A DNA stretch of 49,835 bases from an uncultured Planctomycetia bacterium (GTDB taxonomy: Bacteria; Planctomycetota; UBA8108). The first letter of the stretch is position 1; every line of letters begins with the position of its first letter. The notes beneath the pieces were generated by a model. It saw only the letters and a program-made list of their open reading frames with translations, made no database searches and was not told where the DNA came from. Shown piece by piece: positions 36,402 through 45,690 of this stretch. The stretch covers positions 1 through 49,835 of the forward strand of contig CAYZGY010000001.1 of assembly GCA_964478085.1 (NCBI GenBank). Reading direction: 5' to 3'. The position numbers and the translations under genes are program-made.

Positions 36402-38792
36402 TCAGTTTCTCGTGATCGTCTCGTGAAGATTGAGCAGCACGCGCGCGACCGAAGTCCACGACGCGAGCTCCGCCGCGGACACGCGCTCGGGGTTCGGCGA
36501 TTCGCCGACGCTGAGAAGCTCCTTCGCGGCCTTTTCGTCCTTCGCGTAACGCGCAGCCTGGCTCTTCTGAACCTCGAGCAAGACGCCGAGATCCGACTCC
36601 GACGGCAGACGTGCGAGCGCACGACGGAAGGCCCAACGAATCCGCTCCTTCGCCGCTTCGCCACCGTTCGCGATGATCATCGCCGCGAAGACACGCGCCG
36701 CCTCGACGTAGGTCGGGTCGTTGAGAAGAACGAGCGACTGCTGCGGCGTGTTCGATCGCGGCCGCTCGGCGACACACTCCTCGCGCGACGGCGCGTCGAA
36801 CGCCTGCAGGCTCGGGTGCCAGTAGCTCCGACGCCAGTACGTGTAAACGCCACGGCGGTAGAGATCCTCGCCGCGATCCTGGACGTACTTTCCCTGGTGG
36901 TAGAGTCGGTACCAGTAGTTCGCTGGCTGGTACGGCTTGACGCTGCGACCGCCCATCTTCGGCGAGAGCAATCCGCTGATCGCGAGCGCATTGTCACGCA
37001 CGAGCTCGGCCGTGAGGCGGAAGCTCGCCTGCCGCGCGAAGAGCTGATTGAGCGGATCCTTCGCGCGAAGCGCGTCACTAGCCTGCGAGCTGCGCTGATA
37101 GGCGTCGCTCAGCACGATCAGTCGGATCATGTGCTTCACGTTCCAGTCGCTCTCGACGAACTCGACAGCCAGCCAGTCGAGCAGCTCGGGGTGCGTCGGC
37201 CATTCTCCCTGCGAGCCGACATCGTCGAGCACGCGGCTGATGCCCTTGCCGAAGTAGAGCTTCCAGAGTCGATTGACGAAGACACGCGCCGTGAGAGGGT
37301 TGTCACGACGGATGATCCAATACGCGAGCGAGAGTCGATCGGGACGCCCCTCCCCCTCGAGCTTGCCGAGGAAAGCCGGAATGGCGGGCTCGACGACCGC
37401 GCCCGACTTGTCCATCCAATTGCCGCGAGGAAGGATGCGTGTCTCGCGAGGCTTCTTACGCTTCGAGATGAGCGTCTTGGCCCACTTCTTCGCGTCGGTG
37501 ACCTCTTTGCGCTGCTTTTCGAGCTCGGCGATCTGCGCTTCCGGCTCGGGGGACATCTGACGAAGACGATCGAGCTCCGTGTCAATCTCCTTCCACTTGA
37601 CGAGTTGTGAACGCGAAGGCATCGCCGTCTCGGCGGGTCGACCGACACCACGCTCGTCGATGTCGGCGAAGAACGCCGCGAAGCTGTAGAAGTCACGCAT
37701 CGTGAACGGGTCGAACTTGTGGTCGTGACACTCGGCGCAGCCCATCGTCGAGCCGAGGAAGATCGCCGCGGTGTTGCGGACCCGGTCGGACGCGTACTTG
37801 ACGATGTACTCCCCCGCCTGCGCACCTCCTTCGCTCGTCGTCTGGTTCAAGCGGTTGAATCCCGACGCGATGCGCCAAGAGTAGGCCTCGTGCTCGAGCC
37901 CCGCACGCGCGGCGTCGGCGATGATATCGCCCGCGAGCTGCTCGACGACGAACTGATCGAAGGGCTTGTTGTCGTTGAAGGCCTGGATCACCCAATCGCG
38001 GTAGAGCCAGACGTTTTGGTGCGAGTCCTTGTGATACCCGACCGAATCCGCGTAGCGCGCGAGGTCGAGCCAGTAGAGGCCGATACGCTCGCCGTAATGC
38101 TTCGACGCGAGAAGTCGATCGACGACAGCCTCGAACGCCTTCGGGGAGCGATCATTGGCGAACGCCGTGACCTCTTCGGGGGTCGGCGGGACTCCGATGA
38201 GGTCGAGCGAGACTCGACGGATCAGCGTCGCTCGATCCGCCGCGGGCATCGGCTCGACACCCGCCTCGCTCTGGCCCTTCGCGAGGAACCGGTCGATCGG
38301 GTGTTTCGACGCGTCGTTCGAATCGGCCATGGGGACCTTCGGTCGCGACGGCGAAACGTACGACCAATGCTTCTGCCACTCGGCGCCCTGCTCGATCCAA
38401 CGCTTGAGGATCTCGACCTCACGCTTCGTCAGAGTCTTGCCGCTGTCGGCCGGCGGCATGCGGTCGTCCTCATCTTCGGTGATGATCCGAAGGTAGAGCT
38501 CGCTCGCGTCGGGCTTGCCCTTCGTCACAGTCGGGCGACGACGCTTCTTGTGAATCCCCTCCTCGGTGTCGAGACGAAGTCGCGCCTTGCGCTCGGCCTC
38601 GTCCGGGCCGTGGCAAGCGAAGCACTTGTCCGAGAGGATCCGGCGGACGTCTCTCTGGAACTCGATCTTCTTCGGGACGTACTCGGGCTCGGCGGCGCTC
38701 AAACTCGAAGTGATGGCGCTCGAGGTGACCGCGACGGCCGGAAGTAGCGCCGGAAGTAGCGCCGGAAGTAGCGCCGGAAGGAATCGCGACAT
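36402..38792 (-). CDS. PSCyt1 + PSCyt2 (DUF1549) + PSD (DUF1553) domain protein
   Basis: ATG at 38792 gives the signal peptide MSRFLPALLPALLPALLPAVAV.
- CFACHGPDEAERKARLRLD is planctomycete cytochrome c type.
- HPIDRFL...LIRRVSLDLIGVPPTPEEV...HYGERIGLYWLDLARYADS is DUF1549.
- CAECHDHKFDPFTMRDFY is DUF1553. Confidence 0.92.
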   Translation of the reverse strand: MSRFLPALLPALLPALLPAVAVTSSAITSSLSAAEPEYVPKKIEFQRDVRRILSDKCFACHGPDEAERKARLRLDTEEGIHKKRRRPTVTKGKPDASELYLRIITEDEDDRMPPADSGKTLTKREVEILKRWIEQGAEWQKHWSYVSPSRPKVPMADSNDASKHPIDRFLAKGQSEAGVEPMPAADRATLIRRVSLDLIGVPPTPEEVTAFANDRSPKAFEAVVDRLLASKHYGERIGLYWLDLARYADSVGYHKDSHQNVWLYRDWVIQAFNDNKPFDQFVVEQLAGDIIADAARAGLEHEAYSWRIASGFNRLNQTTSEGGAQAGEYIVKYASDRVRNTAAIFLGSTMGCAECHDHKFDPFTMRDFYSFAAFFADIDERGVGRPAETAMPSRSQLVKWKEIDTELDRLRQMSPEPEAQIAELEKQRKEVTDAKKWAKTLISKRKKPRETRILPRGNWMDKSGAVVEPAIPAFLGKLEGEGRPDRLSLAYWIIRRDNPLTARVFVNRLWKLYFGKGISRVLDDVGSQGEWPTHPELLDWLAVEFVESDWNVKHMIRLIVLSDAYQRSSQASDALRAKDPLNQLFARQASFRLTAELVRDNALAISGLLSPKMGGRSVKPYQPANYWYRLYHQGKYVQDRGEDLYRRGVYTYWRRSYWHPSLQAFDAPSREECVAERPRSNTPQQSLVLLNDPTYVEAARVFAAMIIANGGEAAKERIRWAFRRALARLPSESDLGVLLEVQKSQAARYAKDEKAAKELLSVGESPNPERVSAAELASWTSVARVLLNLHETITRN
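38737..38781 (-). repeat. 12-bp tandem repeat (x3.7) encoding (LPAL)n in the signal-peptide hydrophobic core of the PSD protein
   Basis: GCCGGAAGTAGC x3 plus a partial unit, read on the plus strand. Confidence 0.85.
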
Positions 38793-38871
38793 GGCTGCAG
38801 GAAGATCTCGATAGGGATCTCGACGGATTCTGGACACGACCGATCGTCGCGTCATTATACACGTCCTACCG

Positions 38872-39600
38872 ATGGGCCCGCGAGCCCGAGAGAGAGGAGT
38901 ACGCCCGATCTTCGCCGAGACCGACATCTACGCCATTCCGGGCTTTGCCGAGCCCTTCAGCTGCTTCACGCACCTCCTCGGAGCCGGAATCTTTCTCGTT
39001 CTCGGCTTCTTTCTCGTGCGTCGAGGACGCGGGAGTCGAGCGCGACGTTTCTCGCTCTTCGTCTTCGCCTTCGCGTGCGTCCATCAGCTCGCGTTGAGTG
39101 GCGTCTATCACCTGCTTTCGACCGGCGGCGCAGGTCGGGCAGTCCTGCAGAGACTCGACCACGCGGCGATCTTCGTCCTCATCGCGGGAACTTTCACCGC
39201 AGCTCACACGATTCTGTTCACGGGAATCGCACGTTGGGGAATGCTCCTCTTGATCTGGGCGGCAGCGATCACGGGACTGACGCTGAAGACGATCTTCTTC
39301 GACAGCGTCCCCGAGGCGCTCGGCCTTTCGCTCTACGTCGGGCTCGGCTGGGTCGGGCTCGGCTCCGCGGTGATGCTGTGGCGCCGCTACGGCTTCACGT
39401 TCATCAAGCCGATGCTCTGGGGAGCGGTCTTCTACACGGCGGGCGGCGTGCTCGAGTTTCTACGCGAGCCGACCCTGATTCCTGGAGTCATCGGGCCGCA
39501 CGAGCTTTTCCACATCGCCGTGCTCGCCGGCCTCTCCTTTCACTGGCGCTTCACACACTCGTTCGCGGACGGCAGCTTGCCTCCGACGGCCTCTCACTGA
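38872..39600 (+). CDS. Hemolysin III / PAQR-family membrane protein
   Basis: 242-aa ORF with seven predicted hydrophobic segments. Family motifs are FTHLLGAG, LQRLDHAAIFVLIAGTFT and GPHELFHIAVLAGLSFHW. Its 3' end overlaps the convergent gene by 7 bp. Confidence 0.88.
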   Translation: MGPRARERGVRPIFAETDIYAIPGFAEPFSCFTHLLGAGIFLVLGFFLVRRGRGSRARRFSLFVFAFACVHQLALSGVYHLLSTGGAGRAVLQRLDHAAIFVLIAGTFTAAHTILFTGIARWGMLLLIWAAAITGLTLKTIFFDSVPEALGLSLYVGLGWVGLGSAVMLWRRYGFTFIKPMLWGAVFYTAGGVLEFLREPTLIPGVIGPHELFHIAVLAGLSFHWRFTHSFADGSLPPTASH

Positions 39601-42600
39601 GGAGCCGCACCGTGACAAGGACGGAAGAAGCCGCACTCGAGACCGTTGTCGAGCGTCGTCGGATCGACACCACAATCGGCGAGACCGAGTCGCGCGCTCC
39701 AATTCGTCGCGGACGGTGACGGATCAGGCGGCGGAGCCCCTTGCTGGAAGAGGTAGACGAGGAGTGACACGCCGTCGGCGATATCGAGCTTCTCGTCATC
39801 GTTCGCGTCCGCCGAATCCCGGCAGAGCGGCGCCGGGCCACCGAGGAACTGGTAGTTAAGGAGCGAGATGGGATCGGAGATGTCGACACCTCCATCGCCG
39901 TTCGAGTCGCCACGCACGAAGAGTCCGCTGCCACCGTCGGTCAGAAAGAAGCCCTCATCGGAGATCACGGAAAGGGGGCCGAGCCTGGCGACCACTCTCC
40001 AGCGAAAGACCGTCGCCGGCTCGAGACCGAGCGGCGGAGTGAAGCTTCGACCCGTGATGTTCTTCGCGGTCGGATTCTCGGGCATCTCCTCGCCGTCCTT
40101 GAAAAGGAAGACATCGAACACGGCGTCGCCGAACTCGTACTCCCAGTGGAGAGAGACGTCGAGATCGACCACTCGGTCGAGTCGCGGCTCCGGTCGTCGA
40201 GGAATCGGCTTCGGTAGCTCGAAGCCCGAACGGATGATCTGGTTGTTCGCCGGGCTCGTCTGCAAGCTCTGCTCGTCGTCGAACTGAATCGTCGCGCGGT
40301 TGACGATACCCGTTCCCTCGGCGAGGCCGGCGAACGGCTGCACCGAGAATTTGACCCACGCCTCGCCCTCGGGCGGAAGCGCGTTCGGCGGAAGAAAGCC
40401 CGCGTCATCGAACTGCGCGGCGTCGACGACCTTGCCCGTCGCGTCGAGCGTCGAGAACACCCACTCGATCGTTCGCGTCGAGAAGTCGACGGTCGACTCG
40501 ACGGCGAGCGTCAGGCCAAGATCCTCGTCGAGCGGGTACGTCGCGAATCCGCCGTAGCCGTCTGGACAGAGGGGCGCAGGACCGCTCCCGGAGAACGGAA
40601 TCTCCGACTTCGGGGTCAGATTCATCTGAATGTGGTTGCCGACGCCGACCGCTCCGAACTTGACCGTCGTCGGGTCGAGCTGAGGCGGCAGAACGTCGGT
40701 GATCGTCGCGACCTGAACAGCCGTGCCGATATCCTGATCACCGGGGTTTCCGATGACCTGACCTGCGGGCGGGCAGTTCGGCTTGTCGGGGTCGCAGTTC
40801 TCAAACTGAATCTCGTACGCGATGGGCTCGACGGGCGGCACCCAGAAACCGAGATCTCCCTCGCCTTGGCCCTTCGGTCCGTTCTTCTCGTTCGGATCGA
40901 TGGGGCGAATCAGCGTCACCTGACGCCCCGCCGCGATCGAGTAGAGCTCGTCAGGCGCAGCGATCGTGCCGTCGAGATCGATCGGCCTCGGATTCGGCGT
41001 GCAGTCGAGCGACTGAGGCTCGTTTCTCGGCGCCGCGAGCACGTCGAGAAACGAGCGAGCGTCGCCGGCTTCGACGAAGAGGGGATCGACCTCCACTGAG
41101 AAGTGCTCGAGATCGATCGTGTACTCCGCCTCTCCCGCTAGACCATCGACGAAGAAGAAGCCGCGCTCGTTCGTCGTCGCGCAGCCCGCGACACCATCCG
41201 AATCGATCGCGAAGACCGTCTCGCCGACGATCGGGCTGCCGTCTTCCTGTCGAAGCGTTCCGAAGACTCCGGCCGTAGACTGACCGTCGGCGAGCAGGAG
41301 AAGAAGCTCGAGCGCGTCGACCACCGAGGCCGGATCCCCGCCGCGGAGAGCGACCGAATCGGCGAACTCGGCCAGCTTGCTCGGGTAGTTTCTCCAAAGG
41401 CTTCCGAAGAAGAAGCTCGAGAGCGGAGTCTCTTCGTCGCGCTCGGCGCGAAGAACCTGTCGCACTCGCTCCCAGTCGAAGTTCGCGAGGCCGGACGGAG
41501 GAGCGAGAGCGCCGTCACAGTCGTCATCGACGTTGTCCCAGCAGATCTCGTCGCGTCGATTCGGGCTCAGCACGTCGACGTGAAAGTCCACCGTCGAATT
41601 CTCTTCGTGATCCGTCTGAACCTCGAAGTACACCCGGACCTCGCCAGACTCGTGCGGGCCGACGAAACCAGGAACCCCGTGCGGATCCGCGGCAAGAAAC
41701 TCGAGAACGTTGTCTCCGAACTCGGCCTGGCTTTCCAGACGAAGCTTCACTCCGGGATCTGTTCGCAAGCGAAGGAGCGAGGAGCGGATCTCCTGGTCGC
41801 CCGGATTCTCCCACCGAACGACGAGGCTGCGCACGCGATTCATGCGCACGCGGTCGTTCACGTCGAGTCGAACGTCGAGGCGTGCGCGCTCGGAATCTGT
41901 GTCGGCGAAGACCTGGAACGCGTTCTTGATGAACACGCCGGCCGCGCCGGGCTTCTTCGCGGTCAGCGAGTACAAGGCCTTGCCCGCACCGGCCATGTGA
42001 AACTCGAGAAGCGCCTCTCCCGAGGAGATCACCCGCGACTCGACAGCGTCGGCGACGAAGCGAGCAGGACCACCCTCCTCCTGAAGCGCGAAGATCGTAT
42101 CGTCCGAGAAGCCGCCGCCGAAGACTCGCGTGTGGATGCAGCCCGTCTCCGACTGCCCGACGGAGTCGACACTCATGCCGGACAGCGTGATCGAGGGGAA
42201 CGTCAACTCGACGAGAATCTCGCTCTTGGCGGCCTTAATGAAGTTCGTCACCGGACGGACGTAGTAAGTCCCCGCACGCGTGAACGGAATGACGAGACGC
42301 TGTGCCGACGTTCCGCGCAGGTCAGCCGCGTAGTCGTAGATGCCCGGCTCAGGGTAAGCTCCGAATCGAACGTAAACCGCGTTCTCGTCATCGGGCAGAG
42401 TGCCCTGGATGTCGAGCACGGCTACCTGTCCCGTCGTCGCAGTGAAGCCGAGCAGATCTTTCGTTTGACGATCCGGCGGTCCCGGGCAGATGCGGACGCT
42501 CCTCGGATCGTCAGGATGAAGCGACTGGATCACGATGGGGCAAACGTCGATGCTCGTAGCCGAGACGGACGGTTTCGCGGGAGTGCTGTCGTCGGTGACG

Positions 42601-43448
42601 AGATTGTCGACCGGCACGACTCCTCCGGGACCGAGCAGGCCGTCGACGAACTCGAGCTCGCAGATCACGCACGGCTCTCCTTCCGAGGGGACGGGCGACT
42701 CGAGCTCGAGGACGATCAGCTCATGCGGATCGGGCAGCCCTGAGCCCAGGCCCGTCAGCAAGGTGAAATCGAAAACGACGGCGGCGACGTGACCCGCGGC
42801 CACTCCTGATTCGTCCGTTCCGACATCGGCAAACTTGAACGCAGCCGTTTCCGAGACGGTGCCGGTGAAATCCGATCCCGTGATCGAGCAGGCGCTCTGC
42901 GGAGTCGGAAGGACGCTCAGTGAGAACCCCTGCACCTCACTGGGATCAGGGACCTCGAGTGTCACGGTCTGCAAGAATCGAGCGGTCCCTCCGGGCGTTC
43001 CGGAGAATCGATCGACCCCGTCGAACGCGAGCCGATAGCGCGCGTCCTCGTCGCAGCATGGCGGCGGCGTGTCGGGGCACAGCATCGGGTCGACCGAGTC
43101 GCAACTCAGAGGCTGCACACCCGGGTCGTGGCAGACGCACGTGGTCGTGAAACCGCCGACCCCGACCGTGATCGCGTGAAGAAGAGTCGTCGCGTCAGCC
43201 AGACCGATGTCGCCATCCTCGTTGACGTCCGCCGCAGCTTCACATCCTGGAGGATCACCGCCGAGGAACAGAAACCGCAGCAGGAAGATGGCGTCAGCGA
43301 CTTGCACGTGACCGTCGTCGTTGACGTCTCCGAGACGGAACCAAGTGGCCGTCGGATCGGCGGGATCGGCCGCCACCGAGGCGGACGGTGTGAACGCCAC
43401 CACCAGAACACTGAGCGCGGTGAACAGAATGGAGTGAGGCTTACTCAT
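39594..43448 (-). CDS. Giant secreted surface protein with dockerin-like modules at both termini, beta-sandwich/Ig-like repeats, a carboxypeptidase-regulatory-like segment and an fn3-like domain
   Basis: - ATG at 43448 is preceded by GAGGAA and gives MSKPHSILFTALSVLVVAFTPSASVAA.
- The N-terminal module FRLGDVNDDGHVQVADAIFLLRFLFLGGDPPGCEAAADVNEDGDIGLADATTLL lies at about 43166-43340.
- The C-terminal module FVRGDSNGDGGVDISD...DCGVDPTTLDNGLECGFFRPC lies at 39594-39920. Confidence 0.88.
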   Translation of the reverse strand: MSKPHSILFTALSVLVVAFTPSASVAADPADPTATWFRLGDVNDDGHVQVADAIFLLRFLFLGGDPPGCEAAADVNEDGDIGLADATTLLHAITVGVGGFTTTCVCHDPGVQPLSCDSVDPMLCPDTPPPCCDEDARYRLAFDGVDRFSGTPGGTARFLQTVTLEVPDPSEVQGFSLSVLPTPQSACSITGSDFTGTVSETAAFKFADVGTDESGVAAGHVAAVVFDFTLLTGLGSGLPDPHELIVLELESPVPSEGEPCVICELEFVDGLLGPGGVVPVDNLVTDDSTPAKPSVSATSIDVCPIVIQSLHPDDPRSVRICPGPPDRQTKDLLGFTATTGQVAVLDIQGTLPDDENAVYVRFGAYPEPGIYDYAADLRGTSAQRLVIPFTRAGTYYVRPVTNFIKAAKSEILVELTFPSITLSGMSVDSVGQSETGCIHTRVFGGGFSDDTIFALQEEGGPARFVADAVESRVISSGEALLEFHMAGAGKALYSLTAKKPGAAGVFIKNAFQVFADTDSERARLDVRLDVNDRVRMNRVRSLVVRWENPGDQEIRSSLLRLRTDPGVKLRLESQAEFGDNVLEFLAADPHGVPGFVGPHESGEVRVYFEVQTDHEENSTVDFHVDVLSPNRRDEICWDNVDDDCDGALAPPSGLANFDWERVRQVLRAERDEETPLSSFFFGSLWRNYPSKLAEFADSVALRGGDPASVVDALELLLLLADGQSTAGVFGTLRQEDGSPIVGETVFAIDSDGVAGCATTNERGFFFVDGLAGEAEYTIDLEHFSVEVDPLFVEAGDARSFLDVLAAPRNEPQSLDCTPNPRPIDLDGTIAAPDELYSIAAGRQVTLIRPIDPNEKNGPKGQGEGDLGFWVPPVEPIAYEIQFENCDPDKPNCPPAGQVIGNPGDQDIGTAVQVATITDVLPPQLDPTTVKFGAVGVGNHIQMNLTPKSEIPFSGSGPAPLCPDGYGGFATYPLDEDLGLTLAVESTVDFSTRTIEWVFSTLDATGKVVDAAQFDDAGFLPPNALPPEGEAWVKFSVQPFAGLAEGTGIVNRATIQFDDEQSLQTSPANNQIIRSGFELPKPIPRRPEPRLDRVVDLDVSLHWEYEFGDAVFDVFLFKDGEEMPENPTAKNITGRSFTPPLGLEPATVFRWRVVARLGPLSVISDEGFFLTDGGSGLFVRGDSNGDGGVDISDPISLLNYQFLGGPAPLCRDSADANDDEKLDIADGVSLLVYLFQQGAPPPDPSPSATNWSARLGLADCGVDPTTLDNGLECGFFRPCHGAAPQ

Positions 43449-43853
43449 GGCTTCCTCAGCCGAAATTCCAGCGTCGAGCAATAGGACAAGCGACGTCTTG
43501 CCGCGTCCGACAAGCGTTCACAGGTCGCGCTGGGGGAAGCCGTACGACTCCCCGTGATAACCCAGGCGTTTCGTCAGACTTCGTCGCGAGGCGCCGTAGC
43601 TTTCGTCGTGGCAAGGAAGGGATCGCGGCTCGGCCGGAAGCGTGTTCCTGACACGCTGAGAATCGAGGCGTGATCACTGACGCGGTCCACGGAGGAAGAT
43701 ACGGTGCCGCAGCAGAAAGCTGGCGAAAGGTCTCAAATCCTCCGTCACCTGTCGATCATAAGGCGAACTCGGGGATCCCGCAACGGCGCTCGGTTTCGCT
43801 ACCGTTCCGATACTCCATTCGGCTCTGGTTTCGCCGCCGGGGCCGTGCTTTAC

Positions 43854-43889
43854 TGGCGGACCCTCGGCGGGAATCGAACCTTTCCCGCC
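43854..43889 (-). other. tRNA-like T-arm / 3'-end remnant (not an intact tRNA)
   Basis: The minus strand reads GGCGGG-AAAGGTTCGATT-CCCGCC-GAGGGTCCGCCA. The GGTTCGATTCC T-loop signature is flanked by a 6-bp stem, but 5 extra nt are in the loop. No complementary 5' acceptor strand, D-arm or anticodon arm could be placed. Confidence 0.3.
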
Positions 43890-43938
43890 CCGAACCCTTC
43901 CCGAATGTTCGACTTCCAAAGCAGAGCAGGAGAGACGC

Positions 43939-44637
43939 GTGAAAGTCGTCCGCGGCCCTCGCCGGACCATGATCGTCGATGGAGAGATCGTCCTGAGCGA
44001 AGTTCTGCACGAGCCGGGGCCGACCAACGGTCTCTTCGACGTGCTCTCCGCAGCGATTCACGCTCTCTCTCCGGGACCTCGCGTCGCGGTGCTCGGGTTC
44101 AGTGCCGGTGGCGTCGTCCCTCCCCTGCGTGCGATGGGAGGCGAGCACGCGATCGACGGCGTCGACCTTTCGCCCGACGGTGAGCCCCTCTTCCGCGAGC
44201 TCTGTGCGAGTTGGGCCGGCAAGGTCACCACGACGCAAGCCGAAGCGTACGAGTGGCTCGGCAAGAGGAAGAAGCCTTACGACTGCATCCTCGAAGATCT
44301 CTCGGAGAGCGAACCCGAGCAAGGCGCCATCAAACCGTGGATCTGCATCGATATGCTCCCCCACCGCATGTTCGAGAAGGTCACCCCGCGCGGTGTCGTC
44401 GTCATCAACCTCCTTCCGTGGCCCGGCACTTCGTGGAACGCGCTGATCGACCGCATCGCGACGCCGTTTCGTGACGCCGTCGTCATCACGTTCGACGAGT
44501 ACGAGAATCGCGTCCTCATCGTCGGCCAGGAGCTTACGCCGACTCGCGAGCTCGGTCGCCTATTGCGTGGAAGCTTGCGCGCGATTCGCTCGAATCAAGA
44601 CGAAGAGATTCGTATTCGGACCTGGAAGCGCGGTTGA
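43939..44637 (+). CDS. Spermidine-synthase-like / class I methyltransferase-fold protein
   Basis: 232-aa ORF with a GTG start (alternative ATG at 43969). RVAVLGFSAGGV is a GxGxG-type motif. AIDGVDLSPD has the acidic end of beta-2. YDCILEDLSE resembles the family. The family call is tentative. Confidence 0.5.
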   Translation: MKVVRGPRRTMIVDGEIVLSEVLHEPGPTNGLFDVLSAAIHALSPGPRVAVLGFSAGGVVPPLRAMGGEHAIDGVDLSPDGEPLFRELCASWAGKVTTTQAEAYEWLGKRKKPYDCILEDLSESEPEQGAIKPWICIDMLPHRMFEKVTPRGVVVINLLPWPGTSWNALIDRIATPFRDAVVITFDEYENRVLIVGQELTPTRELGRLLRGSLRAIRSNQDEEIRIRTWKRG

Positions 44638-44727
44638 GCTGCTTGCGACGCCCCACGGGCGCGACTACAGTATGGGGACCCTACCGCCATTCGAGATTCA
44701 CGTCCGGAACGACAGGCAGCAAGCAAC

Positions 44728-45690
44728 TTGCAAGAAAAGCTCCAGCGCCTCTACGACAATGTTCGTAGCGTAATTTTCGGCAAAGACGAAGTGGTTCGAA
44801 TGGCACTGACGGCCCTCTTGGCTCGCGGTCACGTGCTGATCGAAGATGCGCCCGGTCTCGGAAAGACGATGCTCGCGCGCGCGTTCGCCGAATCGCTTCA
44901 CGCGAGCTTCCGGCGCATTCAGTTCACGCCCGATCTGCTTCCGAGCGACGTGACGGGCGTGTCGGTCTATCACCCCGAGCGCCATCAGTTCGAGTTCCAC
45001 CCCGGTCCGGTCTTCACGCAGGTCCTCCTCGCCGACGAGATCAACCGAACGTCGCCGCGCACGCAGTCGGCCCTGCTCGAAGCGATGGAGGAGGGCCAGG
45101 TCACCGTCGACGGCACGACACACGCGCTCGAAGATCCGTTCTTCGTGATCGCGACACAGAACCCGATCGAACTCGACGGCACGTACCCTCTGCCCGAAGC
45201 GCAAGTCGACCGCTTCTTGATGCGACTCGAGATCGGCTACCCAGAAGCGGACGAGGAAGTGCGCATCCTGCAGTCGCAGACGACCGGCCATCCGATCGAT
45301 TCGCTCGAAGCGGTGATGGACGTCGAGGATCTCTACGCGATTCAGAAGGAAGTCCGCCAAGTACAAGTCGCGGCCGAGGTGCAACGATACATCGTCGACC
45401 TCGTCGCGTTGACTCGTGCACACCCGGACGTTCGAATCGGAATCAGCCCGCGCGGCAGCCTCGCACTGATGCGCGCCGCGCAAGCGCACGCGTTCGTCGC
45501 AGGTCTGCAGTTCGTCCCTCCGGACTCGGTCAAAGCGGTCGCGCCTTCCGTCCTGTCGCACCGACTGATGCTCGATCCGCACCGCGAGTACACCGGCATC
45601 TCGAAAGCAGATATCGTCACGCGCCTTCTCAGAGAGATCCCTGTGCCGACACTGCCTCATGACCGACGGCCAGCTGAAATTCAGGGTTAA
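44728..45690 (+). CDS. MoxR-family AAA+ ATPase
   Basis: 320-aa ORF. GHVLIEDAPGLGKTMLARAFA is Walker A and VLLADEINRTSPRTQSALLEAMEE is Walker B / sensor. The AAA_3-type C-terminal region is ISPRGSLALMRAAQAHA. Confidence 0.93.
   Translation: MQEKLQRLYDNVRSVIFGKDEVVRMALTALLARGHVLIEDAPGLGKTMLARAFAESLHASFRRIQFTPDLLPSDVTGVSVYHPERHQFEFHPGPVFTQVLLADEINRTSPRTQSALLEAMEEGQVTVDGTTHALEDPFFVIATQNPIELDGTYPLPEAQVDRFLMRLEIGYPEADEEVRILQSQTTGHPIDSLEAVMDVEDLYAIQKEVRQVQVAAEVQRYIVDLVALTRAHPDVRIGISPRGSLALMRAAQAHAFVAGLQFVPPDSVKAVAPSVLSHRLMLDPHREYTGISKADIVTRLLREIPVPTLPHDRRPAEIQG

Noticed and set aside
43854-43945. An intact tRNA or tmRNA gene on the minus strand.
   Set aside because: The T-loop has 5 extra nucleotides. 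The CCA is offset relative to a 7-bp acceptor. No complementary 5' acceptor strand, D-arm or anticodon arm exists, and the 5' part would overlap the start of the next CDS.
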